Positions 11,829 through 22,101 of a DNA stretch of 64,000 nt are shown here, in pieces; position 1 is the stretch's first letter, and the number at the start of each line of letters is the position of its first letter. Source of the stretch: Cyanophora paradoxa CCMP329 (lineage: Eukaryota; Plantae; Glaucophyta). The notes below the pieces were generated by a model. It searched no databases. It worked only from the letters and a program-made list of their open reading frames with translations, and was not told where the DNA came from. The position numbers and the translations under genes were made by a program. The stretch lies in assembly GCA_004431415.1 (NCBI GenBank), contig QPMI01000136.1:1-64000 (forward strand), given 5' to 3'.

Positions 11829-12673
11829 ATGGCGGCACCCGCACCTCCTGAGCGTATTTTAACAGCGCAACTTTCATTAGCCGCGCCGGCAAATCACGTA
11901 TTACAACATGCCGTTATCGATAATGTCGATGGTTTAGAATCTACCGAACTTGCACCTACTCTTAATACTTTTGGTGATACACACAAATTGCGACTGAAAG
12001 AGTTAAGATGTGATAAAAACAATGGCATCGTGAAAACTACGAAACTCCTTGTAACAAATGCAAACTTTAACGCTTTTTATGGAGATCCCGATAGTTACAA
12101 TGATGATAACAAGGTAACAAACTTTGCTTATGAATCGAGAAACGGAGCAATTAAATGTAGATCGGGAGGCGCTTACATTGGTGATGGTCTCCGAGTTGGT
12201 GGTATCGTGGGAGCGCCTCTTTTGGTTAATGATCAGCCAAACCCGATGATGAGAACACACGAATTAGGACATATTGCCCAGGTATGAATGAGCCTTACCT
12301 TATTAAGATTTATACGATTATTATTAGTTTACAAACAGCGGTAGCCGATGTATTAGAACCCTTAGGAAATCATTATAGATATAGAGACACGATACCAGAG
12401 GACATTTACGCATTATGTAGAAGAACCGACGGAGCAAGACCACGCCTTACGATACATATTATCCCCATAGATAATTTCGGTCAGGCGTTCCACTCAATAC
12501 CTCTTTTAGATACGCAAGATAACCAATTTATAATAAGAGCTACACAACTCGGAAATTATAGAGTTATTATGTATGCCGAAAGAAACGACGCAATCGCAAC
12601 AGCTAACCGATTCGGTCAATATCTAAACACCAATCTATACAATCCCGTCGGCGGTAGCGATCCGCTACCATAA
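11829..12673 (+). CDS. Anchor-domain paralog, one gene split by a frameshift near 12246
   Basis: RLKELRCDKNNGIVKTT; the second frame reads DENTRIRTYCPGMNEP, matching PNTRIRTYVPSMNAP of the ortholog 54007-54838. Confidence 0.75.
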
Positions 12674-12693
12674 ATCTAAGGTATATATAGGGA

Positions 12694-12966
12694 ATGGATG
12701 AAAAAACAAGAAAGTTTATAGATACCGCTATGTCAGTCCATGGTAAGGATAAATTTGATTATACCGACACTGTTTATAAGAAAGCACAAGAAAAGGTATC
12801 TGTGAGATGCCTACAATGTAATAAAACGTTCCAAACCTACGGATTTAACCATATTAAGGGGTCAGGTTGCCGACAGTGTTCTAAGAAACACTCTCACGCA
12901 TACAGAAAAAGGACAACATGGGGAATAGTCATAGAAGAGAAACCCATTATGTTGTATTTTGATTAA
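12694..12966 (+). CDS. Small DUF723-like zinc-ribbon protein
   Basis: FI..A..VHG.KFDY...CxxC...NHIKGSGCxxC; same repeat unit as in 22102-23028; ortholog at 53712. Confidence 0.8.
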   Translation: MDEKTRKFIDTAMSVHGKDKFDYTDTVYKKAQEKVSVRCLQCNKTFQTYGFNHIKGSGCRQCSKKHSHAYRKRTTWGIVIEEKPIMLYFD

Positions 12967-13112
12967 ATTTTAGACATACAAATAAGAATTTTTCCACATT
13001 TACCTTTGGTGATTATACGAGTATCAAAGCAATTCGGACACGTCTTATGATAATGGATCATTATGATATCGACAAGTTCATACGGGAATACTTTCGCTAA
13101 GATGGTGCGCAT
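12963..13112 (-). CDS. Putative 49-aa Cys-rich microprotein
   Basis: MRTILAKVFPYELVDIIMIHYHKTCPNCFDTRIITKGKCGKILICMSKI fills the intergenic gap; below the ORF-track cutoff. Confidence 0.35.
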   Translation of the reverse strand: MRTILAKVFPYELVDIIMIHYHKTCPNCFDTRIITKGKCGKILICMSKI

Positions 13113-13296
13113 CCTACTTAATCTCTGATATATTTATAATGGACGACCCAGTATGGAAAGAGAACCCCATACCTAATTTCTACGAAATTGACCCAAAAGA
13201 TCCATTTCAAAAATGTATATGGTTATTACATATCCTCCGAGGTATATTACTTTTAGGAGACCGAAAAAATAAAAAGAGAAGTATAGATACAGTGTA

Positions 13297-16200
13297 TCAG
13301 ACACCAAATGGGACACTGTGAATGCCGTCGTTTGATATCTTCCTTTTGCTATCGATTTGGTTTAGCGCCACCCTTCTGCTCTCCAAATCATATAGGCTGT
13401 GGTCTTGCCGTCGCTTGTTTCTTACTGTTACTGTTTTGGTGATACCTTCGAATAGACATTTCTTAAAATCGTCAAAATGGACTTCCTTAGATGCTGTGCC
13501 GGACATCTTTATTTTTTCATAGGTTTCAGTTCTGAAAGCGTAAAGTTTCGATCTCAAACCCACATATTCTAAGATCTTTGCATTTGGGAATTCGTTTTTA
13601 TACTTCCCCGGAGTCAATCGATTCGACAAACTATATAATGGATGATCACGATTATAATTACTCCTATCGAGGTGTTCACCGATAGCTTTCATGTCCGCAT
13701 TTAGATTATTGGTTTTCAGTAGTAGACAGAACGAATCGGTATCGTGGAATAGTAGCTTAGCCGTTTCCCATTTCTTTTTAACCACCTCATAAAAGAATTG
13801 ATAATTATGTAACTTTGCAAAATCCAAAACGAAAGCACCAATAGCTACGGGTTTATCTAAGTTTACATGTTTCGAATACATTTCAAACGCTACGGCGTTT
13901 TCGTTTAATACATTGGTTGCTTTGATAAGTGGACTTGCGGCATATTTCTTACATAGTTTCTCACTGTTGGCGATCTTTACAGAAGAGCGACCCCTACAAG
14001 ATTCTAAGCATTTTCCATATATCGCATTGTTCATGAGTTTAAAAAAGTCGCTTTCGAATCTATTCCCTGATTCGTGTCTTAGTCTTGTATTCAGAGCTAT
14101 GTAAGATTTCATGAAAGAAGAAGTAGCGAATGAGATCACCTTATGAATCGCCTTTATGACTACACCCTTTTTAACGAGATAGATAAGTAGAGGTTGTGAT
14201 ATGACATAGTTAGTCTTTGGTGTAAATGTTGCTGTAAGTCGTGGATCTTTGGTTAATTTTTCGCCTGTCATATATAATAGGTTTTGTTGGTATTCACCTA
14301 ACATATCTGTCGTGATAACTTCTTTATTCACAATAAGTGGGAAATCATAATGATCTTCGAGGGAAATAGGATATTCTAAATCGACCTCAATAAATGCATT
14401 TCGTCCTTCTACTTCTTTCAGTGCCTCTGTGGTTTCTTCCCATCGATAATCACCAATAGGTAAAGGTTGGCTGAGTGCATAACCATAAAGATTATTTGCG
14501 TCCAATAAAACAATATGATCATCGGGATTTTCTACCTTTGCATATCGTGTGGGCATAGTGGCGAATCCACCCCTTATGGCTCTTTCAATAAATTCGTATT
14601 TGTCGACATCATCGATAAGTGCAATCTTTGCCTTTGTATGTTTTAACATAGCATCCCAGGATAGACCCGGAGCGCTAACGTAATGACATGGATCTAATCC
14701 ATATTGAGAAAACGCCAATTTACGGAATTCTTCGAATTTAAACATAAGATCATCGACATTTGCACTTTGGAAATCCATAAAATGCGATGCATCTATGAAT
14801 TTCCACATGCCCCATTGTAGCGATAGATACTGATCGAAATTTTTACTTAGAATCTCCACACGTAGCGTATCGTCTTGTTGGGCTATTTTTCGGAATATCC
14901 CATGTCCGCATTCGTCCATTTGATCTACGACAATAGCTACCTTTGTTTGTTTAGAGATTCGCCTATGGAGGTTACAGTTTCGGCATGCTTTCCCGATATA
15001 ATCACCCGTTTGGTGACAGTGATCGCGAACCGAAAAGTTTTCGGCTGTGAATCGTTGCAAGCAAATATAACAATGCTTTGTGGTTCTATATTCTGCCTTC
15101 TGATCTTCTGTGAGTGGATGCATGGGAATATTTCTAAATAGGGTTTGCACTACATGAGGTCTAATTTCTATGAGTTTGGCAAACAGCGAACCCAAAGGAT
15201 CGGCTCCCTCAAAATGAAAAGCTACCACCTCTTCTCCTATTACCACTCTCAGTGACACAGCTTTAATTTCCCGTTTGGTTTTGTTTGCACTCACAGATAC
15301 CGAATGATCTTCGATTTTCACGTAACAGATCACAGGAAGCCATACAGTCTTTCTTAGGTGTTTTAATCCGAATTCCATGTAAGTATCGGGTTTTGGACAT
15401 TTTCCCTTACTTTCCTCCAATCGATGCACCGATTAGCTTCTATGTGTAGGTCTAATTTCGCCTGAGATCGGAAACGTGATAGACAGGTTTCACAGTAATA
15501 AATGCGTCCATCACATGCTTTATCAAACGTGGTTTTAAGGAGGCGACTTAGAGACACAATAGCTACATAATGTCCTCTATTCTCCTCCGTATTTTCGATG
15601 AGTAAAAGGTTAATCTTATTCTTTCTACGTGGATTGCTCGACATATGTAACGGATAGAATGACTCCTTTTCGTTATCGGCACCGTAGATATTAACCGATA
15701 AGTCCGGGTTCTGTTCTTCGAATCGATCGATAACATCAGCATCGCATGCTACCGGGAATTCGATATTATTAAAGTTCAGTTCATTAAGCCATCGGCGATA
15801 TTGAATGGGATCATAGCTTTTATGGCGGTTAATGTCCTTTCGGTGTAGACGAGCCAAAATAGCATATTTAAAACAATCTTGTCCGTCGATATTCTTAACG
15901 TTAACGGTTGCTTTCTTTCTTGCGATCCATTCGGGAGTAGCGAAATAGCAACCACCCACCGGTGCGTAAGACATGATAACAACCCTAAGGATCTCTAAGC
16001 GATCCAAACGATAACTATCTACTTGTTTCATTTGCTCTTGCATTTCTTGTAGAGCTTTACGCAATTCCGTATTTATATTACGGGATCGTGTGATAACAAA
16101 GTAGTCACTGTAAATGTATTTAGTAATAAAAATGCGTTCATTACTTACTTTAACGAACCGACAAACGAATGTAAGGCGGACTTTAACGGCTCTGAGTTGT

Positions 16201-16577
16201 TCTAACTTCGTTCTAATTCGCTGTGGAAGGTTAGTAGCGATGCGTTCCAAATAATCGATAGTATCCACAACTATTTGATTTCTTGCGCGGTAAGAATGCC
16301 ACGAGTAAGCCTGATTCATTGCCTCACCATCTTCTACTTCGGGTTCAATCGCTCCTAAGCGTTGTCCTTCGTCCATAAAGTCTTCCATTCTTTGCATGCG
16401 ATTGTAGAGGTCATTAGCGATATCGGTAAGTTGTTGTAGTCGCGGCTTCCGATCTAAAATGGCGGCTTCTCTATCATATTCGGCTTCTGTGATTTCACCG
16501 GTGACTAAAAGGGTTCCTAACAGTCCGATAATCTCATTTTTCTTTTCTTTGATAAGTCTATTAGTTTGGCGGGGCAT
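13297..16577 (-). CDS. polB: Protein-primed family B DNA polymerase (Maverick/adintovirus type) with EndoVII-like insert; one frameshift near 15400
   Basis: NVKN.D..CFKYAIL, HYVAI.SLSRL, C2H2 finger, RDHCHQTG..CRNCN, LDANNLYG, KLMNNAIYGK, DTDS. Adding one A to GGGAAAATGT joins the two ORFs (REKCPKP). Confidence 0.93.
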
Positions 16578-16584
16578 CTTTGCT

Positions 16585-16860
16585 TTATAGGAACATTATT
16601 TTTTTCGGAAATGAAACGCGTTCAGGATCATAAACGGTAACTCCACGAATCCGCACTTTAATGCCCTCAGGAAGTATAAGGTTAAGTTGGACGTTATTCG
16701 CTTTGATAACATGAGTGCGGCGTTTCTTTGTTTCCAATAACTGATTAGAACCGAATACCCTTTTTAAATATTCCGCTGTTGCTTCCATGGTAATTTCTTG
16801 TTTTATGTTTTGGTCTAATTCTTCATCGGTCATTTCGAAAGCAAACTTACGGGTAGCCAT
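16585..16860 (-). CDS. Hypothetical protein upstream of pPolB
   Basis: Open frame MATRKFAFE..., tightly packed with pPolB and preceded by AAAAATTGA. Confidence 0.6.
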   Translation of the reverse strand: MATRKFAFEMTDEELDQNIKQEITMEATAEYLKRVFGSNQLLETKKRRTHVIKANNVQLNLILPEGIKVRIRGVTVYDPERVSFPKKIMFL

Positions 16861-16905
16861 TGATAACTTCGTATAGTCAAACAAAGAAATGCTTAAATAT
16901 TTTGT

Positions 16906-16914
16906 TCAATTTTT
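16906..16914 (-). promoter_or_regulatory. AAAAATTGA, giant-virus early-promoter-like motif
   Basis: 46 bp upstream of the ATG at 16860; matches the Mimiviridae early motif AAAATTGA. Confidence 0.55.
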
Positions 16915-17008
16915 ACAGATTATAGTAATAAAACACTACAAATAATATTAATAAGGATATTCACACTGAGATTTTATGTTAATAAAGGGGTCTTACTGAG
17001 AATGGTAT

Positions 17009-17101
17009 GTGTAACAGGTGTAACAGGTCTATCCCAAACTTTCCCCTAGGAGGGGGTCGGCGGCTCGGAAGTTTGGGATAGACCTGTTACACCTGTTACA
17101 C
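17009..17101. repeat. 93-bp hairpin/cruciform, copy B, just downstream of the primase-helicase gene
   Basis: GTGTAACAG x2-GTCTATCCCAAACTT ... AAGTTTGGGATAGAC-CTGTTACAC x2; part of a ~145-bp direct repeat with 290-437. Confidence 0.92.
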
Positions 17102-17204
17102 GAGACTGAAAACCAAAAACTCCACCTGTTACATTGTTAATTCTTACCATACACAGTAAGGTTATAAAAAAAAGTAAGAAAGTAATCATTCAATTCATTT
17201 ATAT

Positions 17205-19544
17205 TTACGCTTCTACATCATCATCCACAAATTCGTTATGGTGAATTATGGCTTTGATTCCATAATATCCACGAATAACCGCGCCCCTTTCGCGCTTAGA
17301 CTCAGACTTGACATTAAATATCTCGCGCATCCGTTTACCGATGCTTGTCGGTTCCGCCTTATCATCCACTTGTCTATATTTCTTCATGATAGAATCACTT
17401 GAAACAAAGTCGTCGCGGTTTCCTGTTCTTTCATAGGTATTTCTGATCCATTCACCGATCTTATCATTTTCAGCGAAATATTCCGAACCATAATCAATGA
17501 TAGATTGGGGCGGATTTTGCATAAGATGTGCAAGGTCTTGTGTTCTAAACATGTCCAAGAATATAGACATTTGAGCCATTTTATACTCGTCGTCATTGAG
17601 AAGATGCATTAGGGTAATATCGGCTTTCTTTTCACCTTCCTTAGGATTTGGCTTAAACACACTCTTGAATGTGCAATAGATGAGCCGACGTAATATAGCT
17701 TCATCAGCTTTGCTGAGAGAAAGGTTATCATTGGTGGATAGGAAGATTTGACACATCGGAATAAAGGCGACGGGATCCTTAAAGAGAGCGCGAACCTTCA
17801 TTTCGTTACCACCTGTGATTTCCTTAATCTTACTGATTTGCAACTTATCGCCATCTTCCGCTTCGTTACTGAATACGATTCGCTTCCCAAGAATTGCGGC
17901 AAGATCGGGCGTAGCATCTGATGAATTCTTTTTAGGCTTTGTCCAGTAGCTCATACTGATCGATCCGTAGTAATCGCCGAATGTTTTCTTAGCCATTTCT
18001 TGCAGTAGCGATTTACCATTAGCACCTTTTCCAGACCAGAAATTGAATTTTTGGATATCAGTCCGACCTGTGAGAGCGAAAGCAAGCGCTCCGATAATAT
18101 AGTTACGCTCATCGGGATCTTCGATAATATCAGCGTAGATGGACTGAATCTTAGCGATTTTCTGACGGTCGGCAGCCATGAATTCGTAGCCTACGGTCTT
18201 GCTAACCATATCATCGGGTTTTCCCTTACGGAAGGTCATAGTGTTAAGATCGAAAACACCATTCGTGAAACCGATAATGTTAGGCACTGTATCCAATCTT
18301 TCGAAAAAGGTCGGATAACTAAACATAACGGTTAAGTCTGTCATAAGGGAAGTGCGGTAAGCAGTCTGTTTAAGATTCTTTGCGATATTGAGAGCCAGTT
18401 TACTCTTTTCATCTAAGGATTCGCGGTTTTCTTCGTCTCTCATGGCTTTAAATCCAAGCTCATAGGAACGATTCATGAATGCCGCGCAAACCTTGCAGCT
18501 CATAGCAAGATAAATACGCTTTGAGGTTTCGTCAGTCTCCCAAATACCATAGTTAGTGTCGAATTCGAACCATGTCTTATTTGAGTAGCGGTAATCATCT
18601 TTCAGGACTTCATAAGCTACTTTTGCGACATCATAATGAGCGCCATTAGATCCAATCGCCAGATCAATAAGAGCGGAAAGCTTAATATATTGTTCTGTTT
18701 TGGTTACGATGTTAATAAATAGTTTTTTGCATCGGGAACTGTAATTAGAAACCACGAATTTGTCCTTATCGTTTCCCTGTGCTTTCATTACATACCAATT
18801 GTTCTTATCATGTGAATTATTGCAACAGGGGCATATTCCGCCTTTGTTCTGAGCAGTAAAGTTATAGCCATTTTCGGTTTGACTGATGATAGAAGGGAAA
18901 TCAAAGCCAATCTCAATAAGTTTCTCATTGAGAGTGGTTAAGAATTCATTGCCTGTAATCTTTGCTTTGTCGATGTTAATAACAACATTGTGTTTATAGT
19001 TTTCGATCATCCAATTTTGGAAAGCCTCCGATGGCTCGATAAGCTCACAACCCGTAGCCCATGGCTCGCGAATCCATGTTTTACCGGGAGAGGGGCAAAC
19101 ATTGATAACGCCAGCGGTTCCGGTAGAGCAAATCGTTTTAAAATCGATCTTCTCGTAGCCTTTGAAAGCTCCGGTTTTGTCGAATAGTTTCAGCTCATCG
19201 AACTTAGGAGGGCGTGCAAAGAACACATGGTAACCCTTCTTAGTCTTTTCGATTGGAATAGCGGCGGTGAAATCGTCAGGAAAGAGTTCTTCGAACTTGT
19301 TAAAGTCTTCTTCCTGATCGAAATCGACACAGATGATGTTTTTAGCGAGGATACCCCACGCTACATACTTGTTTGACTTAACCGCTTCTTCGTATCTCTT
19401 CCAATTCCATTTATCATCCTTATGACCGAAAGCGGGAAGCTTTTCGACAGGATCGACGGGAATGAGAAGGTTTTTCGCCAGCTCATCGTTAGAGCGGAGC
19501 CAATTTGTGAGTTTCGTAAGCAGGGTTTTACTTTTGCTGTCCAT
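17205..19544 (-). CDS. Prim-Pol primase fused to D5-like SF3 helicase
   Basis: IICVDFD and KTKKGYHVFF (bifunctional primase-polymerase), Zn finger CPCC..H, IGFTNGVFDL (D5_N), Walker A GKGANGKS, KEITGG, AILRRL. Confidence 0.93.
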   Translation of the reverse strand: MDSKSKTLLTKLTNWLRSNDELAKNLLIPVDPVEKLPAFGHKDDKWNWKRYEEAVKSNKYVAWGILAKNIICVDFDQEEDFNKFEELFPDDFTAAIPIEKTKKGYHVFFARPPKFDELKLFDKTGAFKGYEKIDFKTICSTGTAGVINVCPSPGKTWIREPWATGCELIEPSEAFQNWMIENYKHNVVINIDKAKITGNEFLTTLNEKLIEIGFDFPSIISQTENGYNFTAQNKGGICPCCNNSHDKNNWYVMKAQGNDKDKFVVSNYSSRCKKLFINIVTKTEQYIKLSALIDLAIGSNGAHYDVAKVAYEVLKDDYRYSNKTWFEFDTNYGIWETDETSKRIYLAMSCKVCAAFMNRSYELGFKAMRDEENRESLDEKSKLALNIAKNLKQTAYRTSLMTDLTVMFSYPTFFERLDTVPNIIGFTNGVFDLNTMTFRKGKPDDMVSKTVGYEFMAADRQKIAKIQSIYADIIEDPDERNYIIGALAFALTGRTDIQKFNFWSGKGANGKSLLQEMAKKTFGDYYGSISMSYWTKPKKNSSDATPDLAAILGKRIVFSNEAEDGDKLQISKIKEITGGNEMKVRALFKDPVAFIPMCQIFLSTNDNLSLSKADEAILRRLIYCTFKSVFKPNPKEGEKKADITLMHLLNDDEYKMAQMSIFLDMFRTQDLAHLMQNPPQSIIDYGSEYFAENDKIGEWIRNTYERTGNRDDFVSSDSIMKKYRQVDDKAEPTSIGKRMREIFNVKSESKRERGAVIRGYYGIKAIIHHNEFVDDDVEA

Positions 19545-19590
19545 CGTTGCGCGTTCTACTTTAACGAAAGATAAAAATTTTTCTTGTTAA

Positions 19591-19599
19591 TCATTTTTT
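19591..19599 (-). promoter_or_regulatory. AAAAAATGA early-promoter-like motif
   Basis: 47 bp upstream of the helicase ATG; variants at 20082, 23062, 26858 and 27572. Confidence 0.5.
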
Positions 19600-19734
19600 G
19601 GCGCCTAACCTTTAAATGCCCTACAATTTTTTTCTCGATGCTAAAAAATCCGGATATTGTAACGCGATTACCGATTATCATCGGTAAGCCGCCCGAAAAA
19701 TAAGTAATGATGTTTCAGCGGCGATAGCGGCATT

Positions 19735-20010
19735 TCAGTATTTGCGGGGACGTCCACGCTTTGCACTATGGATACCTTCCAATTCTTTCCGACGGTAATA
19801 GTTCTCCAAAGATTGCTTTTTTTTGAATTCGCGGTATTCGGGGTCTTCCTCATACTTCTTTCGCAGTCTCAGCACTTCACGGATCCGATAATTTAACCCA
19901 TCGGCACTCTTAGGATTAAGTTTAACCTTTGGTGGTGAGTTAACAATTTCATCGCTGTCACTTTCGAATTCGAATTCAATTACGCTAACATCATCGGCGA
20001 TAGCAGCCAT
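19735..20010 (-). CDS. Small basic protein ending in an AT-hook
   Basis: C-terminal KRGRPRKY; acidic N-terminus; start uncertain. Confidence 0.65.
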   Translation of the reverse strand: MAAIADDVSVIEFEFESDSDEIVNSPPKVKLNPKSADGLNYRIREVLRLRKKYEEDPEYREFKKKQSLENYYRRKELEGIHSAKRGRPRKY

Positions 20011-20212
20011 TCTTACTTTCAGCACAGAAAATATTTTATCAGTTTGTAATATCGCTGTTTCTTTAAATACTTTTAGGGTTGTCATTTTTTGGCGACCGGA
20101 CAAGCTCTTGTCTACGTTTTTCTATCGCAGATTCAATGGCGTAAATCTGACGTTTCGCTAAGATAATATTATAGACTTCTTCGAGCATTTTCCGATACTT
20201 ATTACAAATATT

Positions 20213-20461
20213 TTAATTACCGCGATGTTCAAACGCTTGTCTTCGTAAATCATCGCTTTGATCAACGGAAAAACGGCGACCATTTGTAGCGGTTTCTGAA
20301 TGGGTGGAGTCTACCGAATGTCTCCGGGATCCTCTACCTTCCGTTACATTATCTTCGGTATCTGAAAAACCAAGTTCTACGGTTGTATCACAGCACCCGC
20401 TGTGACAATTGCTTACAATGTGCAGGTTAAACATCTCTATGATCTTTTGGAGAAAGTCCAT
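20213..20461 (-). CDS. Hypothetical protein
   Basis: ATG-initiated ORF in a co-oriented gene run; HIVSNCHSGCC motif. Confidence 0.55.
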   Translation of the reverse strand: MDFLQKIIEMFNLHIVSNCHSGCCDTTVELGFSDTEDNVTEGRGSRRHSVDSTHSETATNGRRFSVDQSDDLRRQAFEHRGN

Positions 20462-20488
20462 CGAGAATCCTTTATTAATCAGATATAT

Positions 20489-21223
20489 TTAAAGCCAAAC
20501 TCTCCGCTTGTAAACTGTTGGTGCTACGGCTTTCTCTACTTCCGCTTTGGTAGCGCCAGGTTCTATGGTTCCCTTTTGGGTCTTTGTCTTCAATTCATCC
20601 ACCGCTTGCTCATCTATTTGTGTCTCTTTCTTACCAATAAATTGTTTATCGGGCAGTCCGGTAATGCCCATACGGAAAACTTCTTTACGCAGCATCTCCT
20701 TAATTTTAGCGCGTTCTTTCTTCTCTGTTACATACTGTTCCAGCGCACTCGACTTTGCTTCGAGATCTTTTAGTTTAGCGGTCATTTCATCCCATTGCGC
20801 CTTAGGAATTCGGTGGATGTTTTGAGCAGGTGCGACTTTATAAGTTACTTCTCCCGCCATCGATTGTATAACCTTGTCTGATTCTTTTGAAACACCTTCA
20901 CCCTTGCGAGCAAGGGAGAGATCTTTTAGACCAAGACCGCGATCATCGGCGGCACCGATAATACGACGCGCACCCTCACCGACCGCCTTCATCTTCGAGA
21001 CTTCGGGGGAAATGTTTAACTGATCACTTTGTGATGTTTGAGGTGCTTTATCCGCCGGCGATTCTTCATAAGCGGCGTTTAAAGGGTCTTCTTCTTGTTG
21101 CGATGGTTTCACTTGATTAACTCCGTCGAATTTCATAGGTGTAGTATTAAGAGATCCGTTACTTTCACCACCAGAATATGAAATAGCCCCAGCGGGGACA
21201 CCAATTTTACGTTTTGGCGGCAT
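20489..21223 (-). CDS. Hypothetical coiled-coil protein (possible core protein)
   Basis: 244-aa ORF downstream of the packaging ATPase; basic MPPKRK start. Confidence 0.7.
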   Translation of the reverse strand: MPPKRKIGVPAGAISYSGGESNGSLNTTPMKFDGVNQVKPSQQEEDPLNAAYEESPADKAPQTSQSDQLNISPEVSKMKAVGEGARRIIGAADDRGLGLKDLSLARKGEGVSKESDKVIQSMAGEVTYKVAPAQNIHRIPKAQWDEMTAKLKDLEAKSSALEQYVTEKKERAKIKEMLRKEVFRMGITGLPDKQFIGKKETQIDEQAVDELKTKTQKGTIEPGATKAEVEKAVAPTVYKRRVWL

Positions 21224-21251
21224 TGTATCTTTAATTATATGGAAGATATTT

Positions 21252-22034
21252 TTAAAGTCCTATCTTATATCGCATCAATTTATTCGTATGAATAGCGCTT
21301 TTAATCTCTTTTGGCGCTTCCTCTTGCTCAGGTGGTTTTAATTCGTCTTCTTTCTTTTTAGGCTTTCTGTGAAACCGTGGAAAATCAAATTCACCGACTA
21401 ATTCGGCTTTATCTACATAATATCCTACGTTATATTTGAATGACGTATAAACGATGAATTGGTAAGAATGCACGTATTCTTCGAACATCTTATAGAAGTC
21501 TTCTTTACGGGGAAACGTAGAATACTCTTCGGCGAAAGCTTCTAATTCTTTCTGATTACTTGCACAAACCATAATAACGATATCACAATTACAGCGAATC
21601 ACACTTGCAACCTTGCGGAGTTTTTGGGAGATGCAGATCAGGGAACAATTCACATGTCTTGACCTAATGAACAGCATCCCTACAATCTTGTCACGTGTTA
21701 AGTCTAATTGGTCGTTTTCTATCATGTCTTCTAAAATAATCAGCATATGGTTAAGTTTTTCTCCTCTTTCCCTCTTCTCTTCACGATCTTTAATAATCTT
21801 ATGGATGTATTGTGGATCCCAGGCGCCCAACTGAACGGTAGCCGCCGTATCCCAGTAATGCGTGAAACTTGTAGCAGAGATAATTAGCGTTGTATCTATC
21901 TTTTTTGCATCGTGTAGCTGTTTCAAATAATATTTTACCGCCTCGCTTTTTCCGCAGCCGGATTTTCCGAGTATCAATAATCGAAACGGTGGCTCAATCA
22001 TTTCAGCGGCATTAAACTCTTCTAAATCCGCCAT
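21252..22034 (-). CDS. A32/FtsK-like genome packaging ATPase
   Basis: LLILGKSGCGKS, LIILEDM, FIRSRHVNCSLICISQ, IRCN. Confidence 0.93.
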   Translation of the reverse strand: MADLEEFNAAEMIEPPFRLLILGKSGCGKSEAVKYYLKQLHDAKKIDTTLIISATSFTHYWDTAATVQLGAWDPQYIHKIIKDREEKRERGEKLNHMLIILEDMIENDQLDLTRDKIVGMLFIRSRHVNCSLICISQKLRKVASVIRCNCDIVIMVCASNQKELEAFAEEYSTFPRKEDFYKMFEEYVHSYQFIVYTSFKYNVGYYVDKAELVGEFDFPRFHRKPKKKEDELKPPEQEEAPKEIKSAIHTNKLMRYKIGL

Positions 22035-22101
22035 GGTGTTGTAGATCTTCTTAATAAAGATAGATAAAAATAACGAAATCTTACTGATAATGGTTTAGAG
22101 A

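Noticed and set aside
11829-12673. Programmed frameshift, since this gene is split in both elements
   Set aside because: The breaks are at different positions (before versus after TRIRTY) with no shared slippery site; indel errors explain them better.
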